Positions 30,001-41,765 of a stretch of DNA of 64,000 bases are shown here, piece after piece. The translations under genes were made by a program, and so were the position numbers. Source of the stretch: Nemertoderma westbladi. Its lineage: Eukaryota > Animalia > Xenacoelomorpha. Within the stretch, counting starts at the first letter, position 1. Each line of letters begins with the position of its first letter. Below the pieces are notes generated by a model. The model saw nothing but the letters and a program-made list of their open reading frames with translations, had not been told where the DNA came from and searched no databases. The DNA is taken from NCBI GenBank assembly GCA_032718475.1, contig JAUCBJ010000022.1, positions 15,214 through 79,213 of the forward strand. Reading direction: 5' to 3'.

Positions 30001-33000
30001 GTGATTGCGTATCTGTTTGCCCTTACCCGCACTCACCTGTGATTGTCTATCTGTTTGCCCTTACCCGCACTCACCTGTGATTGCGTTTGCCCTTACCCGC
30101 ACTCACCTGTGATTGCGTATCTGTTTGCCCTTACCCGCACTCACCTGTGATTGTCTATCTGTTTGCCCTTATCCGCACTCACCTGTGATTGCGTTTGCCC
30201 TTACCCGCACTCACCTGTGATTGCGTATCTGTTTGCCCTTACCCGCACTCACCTGTGATTGTCTATCTGTTTGCCCTTATCCGCACTCACCTGTGATTGC
30301 GTTTGCCCTTACCCGCACTCACCTGTGATTGCGTATCTGTTTGCCCTTACCCGCACTCACCTGTGATTGTCTATCTGTTTGCCCTTACCCGCACTCACCT
30401 GTGATTGCGTTTGCCCTTACCCGCACTCACCCGTGATTGCGTTTGCCCTTACCCGCACTCACCTGTGATTGTGTATCTGTTTGCCCTTACCCGCACTCAC
30501 CTGTGATTGTGTATCTGTTTGCCCTTACCCGCACTCACCTGTGATTGTGTATCTGTTTGCTCTTACCCGCACTCACATGTGATTGCGTATCGGTTTGCCC
30601 TTACCCGCACTCACCTGTGATTGCGTTTGCCCTTACCCGCACTCACCCGTGATTGCGTATCGGTTTGCCCTTACCCGCACTCACCTGTGATTGCGTTTGC
30701 CCTTACCCGCACTCACCCGTGATTGCGTTTGCCCTTACCCGCACTCACCCGTGATTGTGTATCTGTTTGCCCTTACCCGCACTCACCTGTGATTGCGTAT
30801 CTGTTTGCTCTTACCCGCACTCACCCGTGATTGTGAATCTGTTTGCCCTTAACCGCACTCACCTGTGATTGTGTATCTGTTTGCTCTTACCCGCACTCAC
30901 ATGTGATTGCGTATCGGTTTGCCCTTACCCGCACTCACCTGTGATTGCGTTTGCCCTTACCCGCACTCACCCGCGATTGTGAATCTGTTTGCCCTTACCC
31001 GCACTCACCTGTGATTGCGTATCTGTTTGCCCTTACCCGCACTCACCTGTGATTGTGTATCTGTTTGCCCTTACCCGCACTCACCTGTGATTGCGTATCT
31101 GTTTGCCCTTACCCGCACTCACCTGTGATTGCGTTTGCCCTTACCCGCACTCACCCGTGATTGCGTTTGCCCTTACCCGCACTCACCCGTGATTGTGTAT
31201 CTGTTTGCCCTTACCCGCACTCACCTGTGATTGCGTATCTGTTTGCTCTTACCCGCACTCACCCGTGATTGTGAATCTGTTTGCCCTTAACCGCACTCAC
31301 CTGTGATTGTGTATCTGTTTGCTCTTACCCGCACTCACCTGTGATTGCGTATCTGTTTGCCCTTACCCGCACTCACCTGTGATTGCGTATCTGTTTGCCC
31401 TTACCCGCACTCACCTGTGATTGCGTATCTGTTTGCCCTTACCCGCACTCACCTGTGATTGCGTATCTGTTTGCCCTTACCCGCACTCACCCGTGATTGT
31501 GTATCTGTTTGCCCTTACCCGCACTCACCTGTGATTGCGTATCTGTTTGCTCTTACCCGCACTCACCCGTGATTGTGAATCTGTTTGCCCTTAACCGCAC
31601 TCACCTGTGATTGTGTATCTGTTTGCTCTTACCCGCACTCACCTGTGATTGCGTATCTGTTTGCCCTTACCCGCACTCACCTGTGATTGCGTATCTGTTT
31701 GCCCTTACCCGCACTCACCTGTGATTGCGTTTGCCCTTACCCGCACTCACCTGTGATTGCGTTTGCCCTTACCCGCACTCACCCGTGATTGCGTTTGCCC
31801 TTACCCGCACTCACCCGTGATTGTGTATCTGTTTGCCCTTACCCGCACTCACCTGTGATTGCGTATCTGTTTGCCCTTACCCGCACTCACCTGTGATTGC
31901 GTATCTGTTTGCCCTTACCCGCACTCACCTGTGATTGCGTATCTGTTTGCTCTTACCCGCACTCACCCGTGATTGTGAATCTGTTTGCCCTTAACCGCAC
32001 TCACCTGTGATTGTGTATCTGTTTGCTCTTACCCGCACTCACATGTGATTGCGTATCGGTTTGCCCTTACCCGCACTCACCTGTGATTGCGTTTGCCCTT
32101 ACCCGCACTCACCTGTGATTGTGTATCTGTTTGCTCTTACCCGCACTCACATGTGATTGCGTATCGGTTTGCCCTTACCCGCACTCACATGTGATTGCGT
32201 ATCTGTTTGCCCATACCCTCACTCACCTGTGATTGTCTATCTGTTTGCCCTTACCCGCACTCACCTGTGATTGCGTATCTGTTTGCCCATACCCTCACTC
32301 ACCTGTGATTGTCTATCTGTTTGCCCTTACCCGCACTCACCTGTGATTGCGTATCTGTTTGCCCTTACCCGCACTCACCTGTGATTGCGTATCTGTTTGC
32401 CCTTATCCGCACTCACCTGTGATTGCGTATCTGTTTGCCCTTATCCGCACTCACCTGTGATTGCGTATCTGTTTGCCCATACCCGCACTCACCTGTGATT
32501 GCGTATCTGTTTGCCCTTATCCGCACTCACCTGTGATTGCGTATCTGTTTGCCCATACCCGCACTCACCTGTGATTGCGTTTGCCCTTACCCGCACTCAC
32601 CCGTGATTGTGAATCTGTTTGCCCTTACCCGCACTCACCTGTGATTGCGTATCTGTTTGCCCTTACCCGCACTCACCTGTGATTGCGTATCTGTTTGCCC
32701 TTATCCGCACTCACCTGTGATTGCGTATCTGTTTGCCCATACCCTCACTCACCTGTGATTGCGTTTGCCCTTACCCGCACTCACCCGTGATTGTGAATCT
32801 GTTTGCCCTTACCCGCACTCACCTGTGATTGCGTATCTGTTTGCCCTTATCCGCACTCACCTGTGATTGCGTATCTGTTTGCCCATACCCGCACTCACCT
32901 GTGATTGCGTTTGCCCTTACCCGCACTCACCCGTGATTGTGAATCTGTTTGCCCTTACCCGCACTCACCTGTGATTGCGTATCTGTTTGCCCTTACCCGC

Positions 33001-36000
33001 ACTCACCTGTGATTGCGTATCTGTTTGCCCTTATCCGCACTCACCTGTGATTGCGTATCTGTTTGCCCATACCCTCACTCACCTGTGATTGCGTTTGCCC
33101 TTACCCGCACTCACCCGTGATTGTGAATCTGTTTGCCCTTACCCGCACTCACCTGTGATTGTGTATCTGTTTGCTCTTACCCGCACTCACCTGTGATTGC
33201 GTATCTGTTTGCCCTTACCCGCACTCACCTGTGATTGCGTTTGCCCTTACCCGCACTCACCCGTGATTGTGAATCTGTTTGCCCTTACCCGCACTCACCT
33301 GTGATTGCGTATCTGTTTGCCCATACCCTCACTCACCTGTGATTGCGTTTGCCCTTACCCGCACTCACCCGTGATTGTGAATCTGTTTGCCCTTACCCGC
33401 ACTCACCTGTGATTGCGTATCTGTTTGCCCTTATCCGCACTCACCTGTGATTGCGTATCTGTTTGCCCATACCCTCACTCACCTGTGATTGCGTTTGCCC
33501 TTACCCGCACTCACCCGTGATTGTGAATCTGTTTGCCCTTACCCGTAATCACCTGTGATTGCGTATCTGTTTGCCCTTACACGCACATTTGCGTATCTGT
33601 TTGCCCTTACCCGCACTCACCTGTGATTGTCTATCTGTTTGCCCTTACCCGTAATCACCTGTGATTGCGTATCTGTTTGCCCTTACCCGCACTCACCTGT
33701 GATTGCGTATCTGTTTGCCCTTATCCGCACTCACCTGTGATTGCGTATCTGTTTGCCCATACCCTCACTCACCTGTGATTGCGTTTGCCCTTACCCGCAC
33801 TCACCCGTGATTGTGAATCTGTTTGCCCTTACCCGCACTCACCCGTGATTGTGAATCTGTTTGCCCTTACCCGCACTCACCTGTGATTGCGTATCTGTTT
33901 GCCCTTACACACACTCACCTGTGATTGCGTTTGCCCTTACCCGCACTCACCCGTGATTGTGAATCTGTTTGCCCTTACCCGCACTCACCTGTGATTGTGT
34001 ATCTGTTTGCCCTTACCCGCACTCACCTGTGATTGCGTTTGCCCTTACCCGCACTCACCCGTGATTGTGAATCTGTTTGCCCTTACCCGCACTCACCTGT
34101 GATTGCGTATCTGTTTGCCCATACCCTCACTCACCTGTGATTGCGTTTGCCCTTACCCGCACTCACCCGTGATTGTGAATCTGTTTGCCCTTACCCGCAC
34201 TCACCTGTGATTGCGTATCTGTTTGCCCTTACCCGCACTCACCTGTGATTGTGTATCTGTTTGCTCTTACCCGCACTCACCTGTGATTGCGTATCTGTTT
34301 GCCCTTATCCGCACTCACCTGTGATTGCGTATCTGTTTGCCCTTACCCGCACTCACCTGTGATTGTGTATCTGTTTGCCCTTACCCGCACTCACCTGTGA
34401 TTGCGTATCTGTTTGCCCTTACCCGCACTCACCTGTGATTGTGAATCTGTTTGCTCTTACCCGCACTCACCTGTGATTGTGAATCTGTTTGCCCTTATCC
34501 GCACTCACCTGTGATTGCGTATCTGTTTGCCCTTACCCGCACTCACCTGTGATTGTGTATCTGTTTGCCCTTACCCGCACTCACCTGTGATTGTGTATCT
34601 GTTTGCCCTTACCCGCACTCACCTGTGATTGTCTATCTGTTTGCCCTTACCCGTAATCACCTGTGATTGCGTATCTGTTTGCCCTTACCCGCACTCACCT
34701 GTGATTGCGTATCTGTTTGCCCTTACCCGCACTCACCTGTGATTGCGTATCTGTTTGCCCTTATCCGCACTCACCTGTGATTGCGTATCTGTTTGCCCTT
34801 ACCCGCACTCACCTGTGATTGTGTATCTGTTTGCCCTTACCCGCACTCACCTGTGATTGCGTATCTGTTTGCCCTTACACGCACTCACCTGTGATTGCGT
34901 ATCTGTTTGCCCTTACCCGCACTCACCTGTGATTGTGTATCTGTTTGCTCTTACCCGCACTCACCTGTGATTGTGAATCTGTTTGCCCTTATCCGCACTC
35001 ACCTGTGATTGCGTATCTGTTTGCCCTTACCCGCACTCACCTGTGATTGTGTATCTGTTTGCCCTTACCCGCACTCACCTGTGATTGTGTATCTGTTTGC
35101 CCTTACCCGCACTCACCTGTGATTGCGTATCTGTTTGCCCTTACACGCACTCACCTGTGATTGTGTATCTGTTTGCCCATACCCGCACTCACCTGTGATT
35201 GTCTATCTGTTTGCCCTTACCCGCACTCACCTGTGATTGCGTATCTGTTTGCCCTTATCCGCACTCACCTGTGATTGCGTATCTGTTTGCCCTTATCCGC
35301 ACTCACCTGTGATTGCGTATCTGTTTGCCCTTACCCGCACTCACCTGTGATTGCGTATCTGTTTGCCCTTATCCGCACTCACCTGTGATTGCGTATCTGT
35401 TTGCCCATACCCTCACTCACCTGTGATTGTCTATCTGTTTGCCCTTACCCGTAATCACCTGTGATTGCGTATCTGTTTGCCCTTACCCGCACTCACCTGT
35501 GATTGCGTATCTGTTTGCCCTTATCCGCACTCACCTGTGATTGCGTATCTGTTTGCCCATACCCTCACTCACCTGTGATTGCGTTTGCCCTTACCCGCAC
35601 TCACCCGTGATTGTGAATCTGTTTGCCCTTACCCGCACTCACCTGTGATTGTGTATCTGTTTGCTCTTACCCGCACTCACCTGTGATTGCGTATCTGTTT
35701 GCCCTTATCCGCACTCACCTGTGATTGCGTATCTGTTTGCCCTTATCCGCACTCACCTGTGATTGCGTATCTGTTTGCCCTTACCCGCACTCACCTGTGA
35801 TTGCGTATCTGTTTGCCCTTATCCGCACTCACCTGTGATTGCGTATCTGTTTGCCCATACCCTCACTCACCTGTGATTGCGTTTGCCCTTACCCGCACTC
35901 ACCCGTGATTGTGAATCTGTTTGCCCTTACCCGCACTCACCTGTGATTGCGTATCTGTTTGCCCTTACACGCACATTTGCGTATCTGTTTGCCCTTACCC

Positions 36001-37066
36001 GCACTCACCTGTGATTGTCTATCTGTTTGCCCTTACCCGTAATCACCTGTGATTGCGTATCTGTTTGCCCTTACCCGCACTCACCCGTGATTGTGAATCT
36101 GTTTGCCCTTACCCGCACTCACCTGTGATTGCGTATCTGTTTGCCCTTACCCGCACTCACCTGTGATTGTGTATCTGTTTGCTCTTACCCGCACTCACAT
36201 GTGATTGTGTATCTGTTTGCCCTTACCCGCACTCACATGTGATTGCGTATCGGTTTGCCCTTACCCGCACTCACCTGTGATTGCGTTTGCCCTTACCCGC
36301 ACTCACCCGTGATTGTGAATCTGTTTGCCCTTACCGCACTCACCCGTGATTGTGAATCTGTTTGCCCTTACACGCACTCACCTGTGATTGCGTATCTGTT
36401 TGCCCTTACCCGCACTCACCTGTGATTGTCTATCTGTTTGCCCTTACCCGCACTCACCTGTGATTGTGTATCTGTTTGCCCTTACCGCACTCACCCGTGA
36501 TTGTGAATCTGTTTGCCCTTACACGCACTCACCTGTGATTGCGTATCTGTTTGCCCTTACCCGCACTCACCTGTGATTGTCTATCTGTTTGCCCTTACCC
36601 GCACTCACCTGTGATTGTGTATCTGTTTGCCCTTACCCGCACTCACCCGTGATTGTGAATCTGTTTGCCCTTACCGCACTCACCCGTGATTGTGAATCTG
36701 TTTGCCCTTACACGCACTCACCTGTGATTGCGTATCTGTTTGCCCTTACACGCACTTTTCCGTATCTGTTTGCCCTTACCCGCACTCACCTGTGATTGTC
36801 TATCTGTTTGCCCTTACCCGCACTCACCTGTGATTGTGTATCTGTTTGCTCTTACCCGCACTCACATGTGATTGCGTATCGGTTTGCCCTTACCCGCACT
36901 CACCTGTGATTGCGTTTGCCCTTACCCGCACTCACCCGTGATTGTGAATCTGTTTGCCCTTACCCGTAATCACCTGTGATTGCGTATCTGTTTGCCCTTA
37001 CCCGTAATCACCTGTGATTGCGTATCTGTTTGCCCTTACCCGCACTCACCTGTGATTGCGTATCTG
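1..37066. repeat. Satellite array, 38-bp unit GTATCTGTTTGCCCTTACCCGCACTCACCTGTGATTGY with 30-bp (GTATCTGTTTGCCCTTACACGCACTTTTCC) and 32-bp (ATCTGT-deleted) variants; runs off the left edge
   Basis: Uninterrupted head-to-tail repetition from position 1 to ...TGATTGCGTATCTG at 37066, then unique sequence. Confidence 0.99.
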
Positions 37067-37136
37067 GGTCATTTCCACACTGATTAGCTTTCGTCTTTGC
37101 CTCACCAGATGCGATAGCTGCATGAACGTACGGAGC
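37050..37136 (-). CDS. FAM53: FAM53-like gene, putative coding exon 4 (APYVHAAIASGEAKTKANQCGNDPDTQSQ); its last 17 nt are the start of the satellite
   Basis: Minus strand: CTGAC branch-like motif (37188-37184), long pyrimidine tract TTTCGTTATTCCTCGCCTCTTATTCGTTATTTCTTCTGCTAG, 87 nt open in phase 0 (matching the previous exon end), then donor CAG|GTGAGT. The peptide itself has no recognisable homology. Confidence 0.7.
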
Positions 37137-37809
37137 CTAGCAGAAGAAATAACGAATAAGAGGCGAGGAATAACGAAATCAAGGTCAGTTTATGTAGCTG
37201 ATTTGATTACTGGATCCAAATTCGTCAAACACAAAATGTGGATCTATTACATAGATTTTATCGCCAATATGAAGAATGTTGGGATTTCACTTTTCGGTTG
37301 AAATTATATTTAAATTAAACATATGAATGACTTCTTATTTTATTTCTCCTTATTAGTGTTTTATATACCGAATATTTATATCTTATAACCTGTACTACAG
37401 TGAATATATTAACTTGTTTACTGTTTTGGTTAGATCCTTTCATTCTGTAACCTAATATTCTTCAAATGGGGGTACATTAGGGCCCTTGTCCATCAATTAT
37501 TGCCCTATACGTACATATCGACACAACTTATATATAGCTATAAAAATGAACGAAGGGAGGTAAACTACAAAGTGAAATATAATATAATACTAAAGTCTGG
37601 TATACTTAGGCCATTCGAGATGCTACTATTGTAAATTATAAAATACAACAAAATTACACCCTTTATTTGGTAGAAGGTTAGAAAACATTGTATTTTATTG
37701 CCGCTCACACTTCCAAAACTAAAATATTGATTGAGAAAGATGAAAGCACAAACGTGCCATAAACCCTATACCGGGTGCAGTACCTATTTATTTATATAGG
37801 CATACTAAC

Positions 37810-38405
37810 ATCCTTCATCTTGCATAAGTCTAGGAATGGTCTCCGTCGCTTCAGTCCTAGTTTCCTATGCTGACACTGTCCGAGGGAGGGTTGGCTACGA
37901 CAACGAGGTTTCCCGCCGTTCGGCATCCGCTTACCGGTTGCCACACGAACCGGGCCGGGCGCCAACCCGGGACTGAACCGACTCAACTCGATAGCACCGA
38001 GGCCCTCCGTGAGACTGATGGACCGGAAGTCGCACGGACTGTCGTCACTTCCGGGGGGGCTGACCAGCCAGGCGAACTGCTCCACGCTGGCGGGTCTCCA
38101 CGGCGACGGCTGCGGTGTCGGCGACGACTCGCCGCTCCAGGCGCCGCCGCAGCGCGGCGACGCGGAGCTCGCGGGTCGGATCGGGACCGGAGCGAATATC
38201 CGACGCACCTCATCCTCGGCGGCCACCGATAACTCGTCCTCGAGACTCCGACAGTGGCGTTTCGCAAGCGGCACGGATCGCTCGCCCGCGTCTATACGGT
38301 AGACCGAACGGGATTGGTACTTTCGTAACCCGGGCGATGGGCAGAACGCGGATACGGAGGGAGTTGCATTTGAACTGATCCGTGACCACGGAGTCTCTGG
38401 TGAGG
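37810..38405 (-). CDS. FAM53: FAM53-like gene, main coding exon (596 nt, GC-rich)
   Basis: Motifs KRHCRSL, RPASSAS, SPWRP, RCRSQP and KRRRPFLDLCKMK resemble FAM53A/B/C motifs as I recall them (KRHCRSLS, RPSSAS, RCRSQPC, RPSLDFLKM). Acceptor TTTGTTTCACAG| at 38406 and donor GAT|GTTAGT at 37809. The frame is open 43 codons upstream of the listed 37792-38274 ORF. Confidence 0.88.
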
Positions 38406-39691
38406 CTGTGAAACAAACGGAATGAAATCGTTTACTCGACTACAGATGTTCATTCTGAGTAAAATAAAGTCAGACTGTGTGTGTGTACCGGTACTAGCGT
38501 ATATATGTATATAATATCATCGCTGGAACCATTCATAAATATTACATACAAATTGTTTAGTTAAATTTACAGAATAAAGCGGCACAAATTCCCATAAAGA
38601 ACAGAAAAGCGAAACCTAATATCTCCGTCAGCGTCGATAAAAAAAAGAAACCCAAAACAAACAAGTTCTGTAGTTTCTTAGTGTATCTGTACGTACATAC
38701 AGTAATTTGCAATTTAGTTGTTGATAAAGGGAAAGGACGGTTGTTCGAAATTACGATACGGTCCTTCAATCATACTTACCGGTACATTTTATTGGTCACT
38801 TAGAAAAACGTCCTTCATCTAAACGCCAATAAACTTGGTCATTATGACAACAGCGACCTGGGCAAGGAACTATTTACTGAGAAAACAAACGTTCCCTTCT
38901 TTAGGCTGGTTTGTTTTATTATATCGAGAACTGTCATATACAGTCACTCAAACATACTAACAACAAGCACAAGCATACAAATTGTTCCCTATAAGAAATT
39001 ATTTAATAAATCTACCTAATAAACAATTTAATTGAAGGGATATAACCGCATTCTATTCCGTTACTCCCTGAATTATGGGATCTGTTGTAGGAATACTATA
39101 AGGGTAAGGAAGTACCGCAGGGCAAGGCGTAATGGTATGCAATCAGACGCAATCACCTGGACAAATACGGGGGGGAGGGGGGTCATCGGTCTCCAGGGTA
39201 AAAAATGAACGCAAATAACAGCTGATTACTTTCAAAAATAAATCTGCAACCTGTTCTATTGACTTTCCTTTATTGTTTTAATGTTTTGGTTATAATAACA
39301 ACGTGCCACTGAAAGCTGCTCCTTTCCCATAATTAATAACTTAACATTGAGACGATATATAAATTCGCCGAGATGATATTGTTTATTAATAAATATGATT
39401 GTTGAAATACATAAATAAAAATCACAATTCCTAAATTGTTTTATCTAGTTTATAAATATTTCTAAAACTATAAATTTGAAATGTTTGAAAAGGTTTTTTT
39501 ACTTTACAATGGGAAATTGAAACATTTACAATAAAAATGTGACATTAGCAACAAAACTCAAGCCCTCCAAAACTGTAATAAACAAACTAATAAACACATT
39601 AAAGAAATGATATATAAATCAGTATTGCGGTTCACTTAAATATGAACAACCCCTTCCTTGGCAAAAATTATATTAATAAATAAATACTTAC

Positions 39692-39752
39692 CCGAAGGCG
39701 TCACATTCAATTCTTGGGAAAGTTGATTGTTATTATTAGCTGCATCAGCAAA
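39692..39752 (-). CDS. FAM53: FAM53-like gene, coding exon 2 (FADAANNNNQLSQELNVTPS)
   Basis: Acceptor TTTTCTTTTCAG|, donor G|GTAAGT. The 61-nt exon goes from phase 0 to phase 1 and exactly bridges the flanking exons. Confidence 0.78.
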
Positions 39753-40136
39753 CTGAAAAGAAAATATATTTTATTTAATGAACACAATAGCCTATAAAAC
39801 TACACTAATTGCGTAACATAACTTGTATAGCTGTAAGTGTGGGATGTCAGGATGTAGGCCTAGTGGAAGTGGGTGAATATGTTTTGTTTACATATACTCA
39901 TTACTTATATATATACAACATCATACAATTTAACAACACAACGTTAGGTTAGGCGTATTCAAAATTGAAACTATCTTATATGAGAATTCAGAGTTGAAAT
40001 CGGAACGAATTATAATTAAAATAAAAGCGACCATTTAAGTTAGGCCTATGTTAGGTAGTATAGGTACCCGTCTGTCAGTGTGTTGGTACCGGTATAAATT
40101 TGTGTTTATGTAGACTAATAGATAAAAGTAACTCAC

Positions 40137-40220
40137 TTGATTTGCTATTCGACCGCTAATAATTGACGCCCCATCTTGAATGCGTTGGTTCTGTAGTTTC
40201 TCTGTTATAATTGATACCAT
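40137..40220 (-). CDS. FAM53: FAM53-like gene, first coding exon (MVSIITEKLQNQRIQDGASIISGRIANQ)
   Basis: N-terminus resembles FAM53A MVTLITEKLQSQSL (recalled); donor CAA|GTGAGT at 40136. An acceptor TTTTATCACAG| at 40250 implies an upstream non-coding exon. Confidence 0.88.
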
Positions 40221-40747
40221 TTCATTATTATAACATTGTAATATATAACCTGTGATAAAATAATTGCAACTCCGACCAGGCGTGAACCTGTTTCTTTGAG
40301 TAATATTTACATCGTAGTCGTTGATCCCGTCATCACTGTATTATAATTACAAATAAAACAAATAAAATGTAAATACGCAAGGTACATCACAAAGACATAA
40401 AGAATTCAGCTGTTTTCTGTTTAGAAGTTATCTTGTTAGGAGTACCACGCTGTAAGCTATTATACTGTTATATACTGCTATACGACATATGGTTGTATAA
40501 CCAGATCACTGTCAGCTGTATCAGTGTATGGGTCTGCACCTAGCCTCTAGGCCTACTGTTCAGAGCTAGTAGCATATGTAGAGAGAGAGAGATGGCCATA
40601 ATTCTTTGATTCATGATAATATGCCTGCCTGCCTATTGCATGTATTGCCAACTTACGGACTAAGATCTGTACCGGTACTGGTAGATGGATAGTTAGATTT
40701 ATTTATGCATTATGAAAAAACAATAACAAATACATCAAACAACGGAA

Positions 40748-41765
40748 CATGAATGAATGAATGAATAATTCGTTTAATTTCCTGTACATAATGGAGGAAT
40801 GTAAATAGGAAAATTACCGTTAATCACAAACACAGATTACATAAAACTTTATAATTACAGAAATAACACGTTAAAATTACTTTAAAAAGTATGATAAAAT
40901 CCCCCCCCAGCCCCCCCCCCCCCCCCCCCGGTAGCTAAAAATTGAATAATTCCAGTAAAAATAAATAAAACTTTAAACCGTATATGTCACTTGTTAGCTG
41001 AGATTAGCAACTTAATAAAAATTAAAATCAGGCTAAGTAAAATAATAAATAAATAAATAAAAATTGAAAATACGTTGACAATTGAACGATAAGCCTACAA
41101 ACTAGATAAATAAAATAAAATTAAAATTAAAAATAACGTGCCAATATTTAAGAATTGTAGATAAAACTATAGGGGCCTACATAAATAAAATATCATTGCA
41201 TGAAAATCGGTATCTCATTGTTTATTAGATATCTAATAGTACTTGGACCGAAAGAGTTATGAAACATCTTGGTCCGTGTATCAGGCATTCTGTAATTATT
41301 GCGAGTTGCGGTGGAGTTTGATCGGCAACCAATAATGAAAGCGTGTAGAGGATGACTCGGCGTGTCTACAATCTTCTTTACCATGTTGGTGAACTGTTTG
41401 GAAAACGCATCGTTTATAATGTTCATGTAAACTTGTTTTTCAATTAGAGTGTTTTGCAAACAGCGACAGTGGCCTCTTTAACTTCTTTTTGAGATTCTTT
41501 GGAATGAGGGGGACCCACGCAACCGCACAGTACATATATTGTGGTACAATGTAAGTTTCAAAGATAAATATTTTTGTATCTTTATTTGCAAACCGGATGA
41601 AGAAACTGAATTGGCGAACTATGTAATTTACCCTTTTTATAAGTTTAAATATAAGAGTTTTCCATGATAGATTATTTGCAATCCATATTCCAAGATGTTT
41701 CACTTCGGACGGACGCGGAACCTCGTCACCATCTATGTGGATTATTTCTTCTGCGATATCTAGAA
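40748..41765 (-). mobile_element. 5'-truncated non-LTR retrotransposon (L2/Crack/Daphne-like): ORF2 C-terminus, 3' UTR and (ATTC)n tail; frameshifted
   Basis: Peptides EVKHLGIWIANNLSW...YCAVAW and SHPLH...RMPDTRTKMFHNSFGPSTIRYL in two frames; (TGAA)n at about 40750-40767. Confidence 0.75.

Noticed and set aside
877-36795. Dozens of 60-77 aa plus-strand ORFs (PLPALTCDC...)
   Set aside because: They are translations of the satellite in rotating frames, use non-ATG starts, and hit regular TGA stops; not a gene family.
1-37049. Recursive-splicing ratchet points (CAG|GT in each unit)
   Set aside because: The sense strand is purine-rich with no polypyrimidine tract ahead of the AG, so canonical recursive sites are unsupported without RNA data.
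1-37066. CRISPR array
   Set aside because: The units are CRISPR-sized but there are no unique spacers and no cas genes, and the context is eukaryotic.
1-37066. Telomeric repeat (CCCTTACCC resembles CCCTAACCC)
   Set aside because: Only a 9-nt resemblance within a 38-mer; there are no tandem telomere hexamers.
37867-38416. Overlapping alternative-frame and antisense ORFs
   Set aside because: By-products of the GC-rich FAM53 exon.
38796-38798. Selenocysteine reading of the in-frame TGA
   Set aside because: FAM53 is not a known selenoprotein family and I cannot identify a SECIS element.
39101-39160. Weak resemblance to the inverted satellite unit (GGGTAAGG, ACGCAATCAC)
   Set aside because: Short non-collinear matches, compatible with chance.
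40901-40929. Poly-C tracts (also 56093-56117)
   Set aside because: Simple homopolymers inside transposon-derived sequence.
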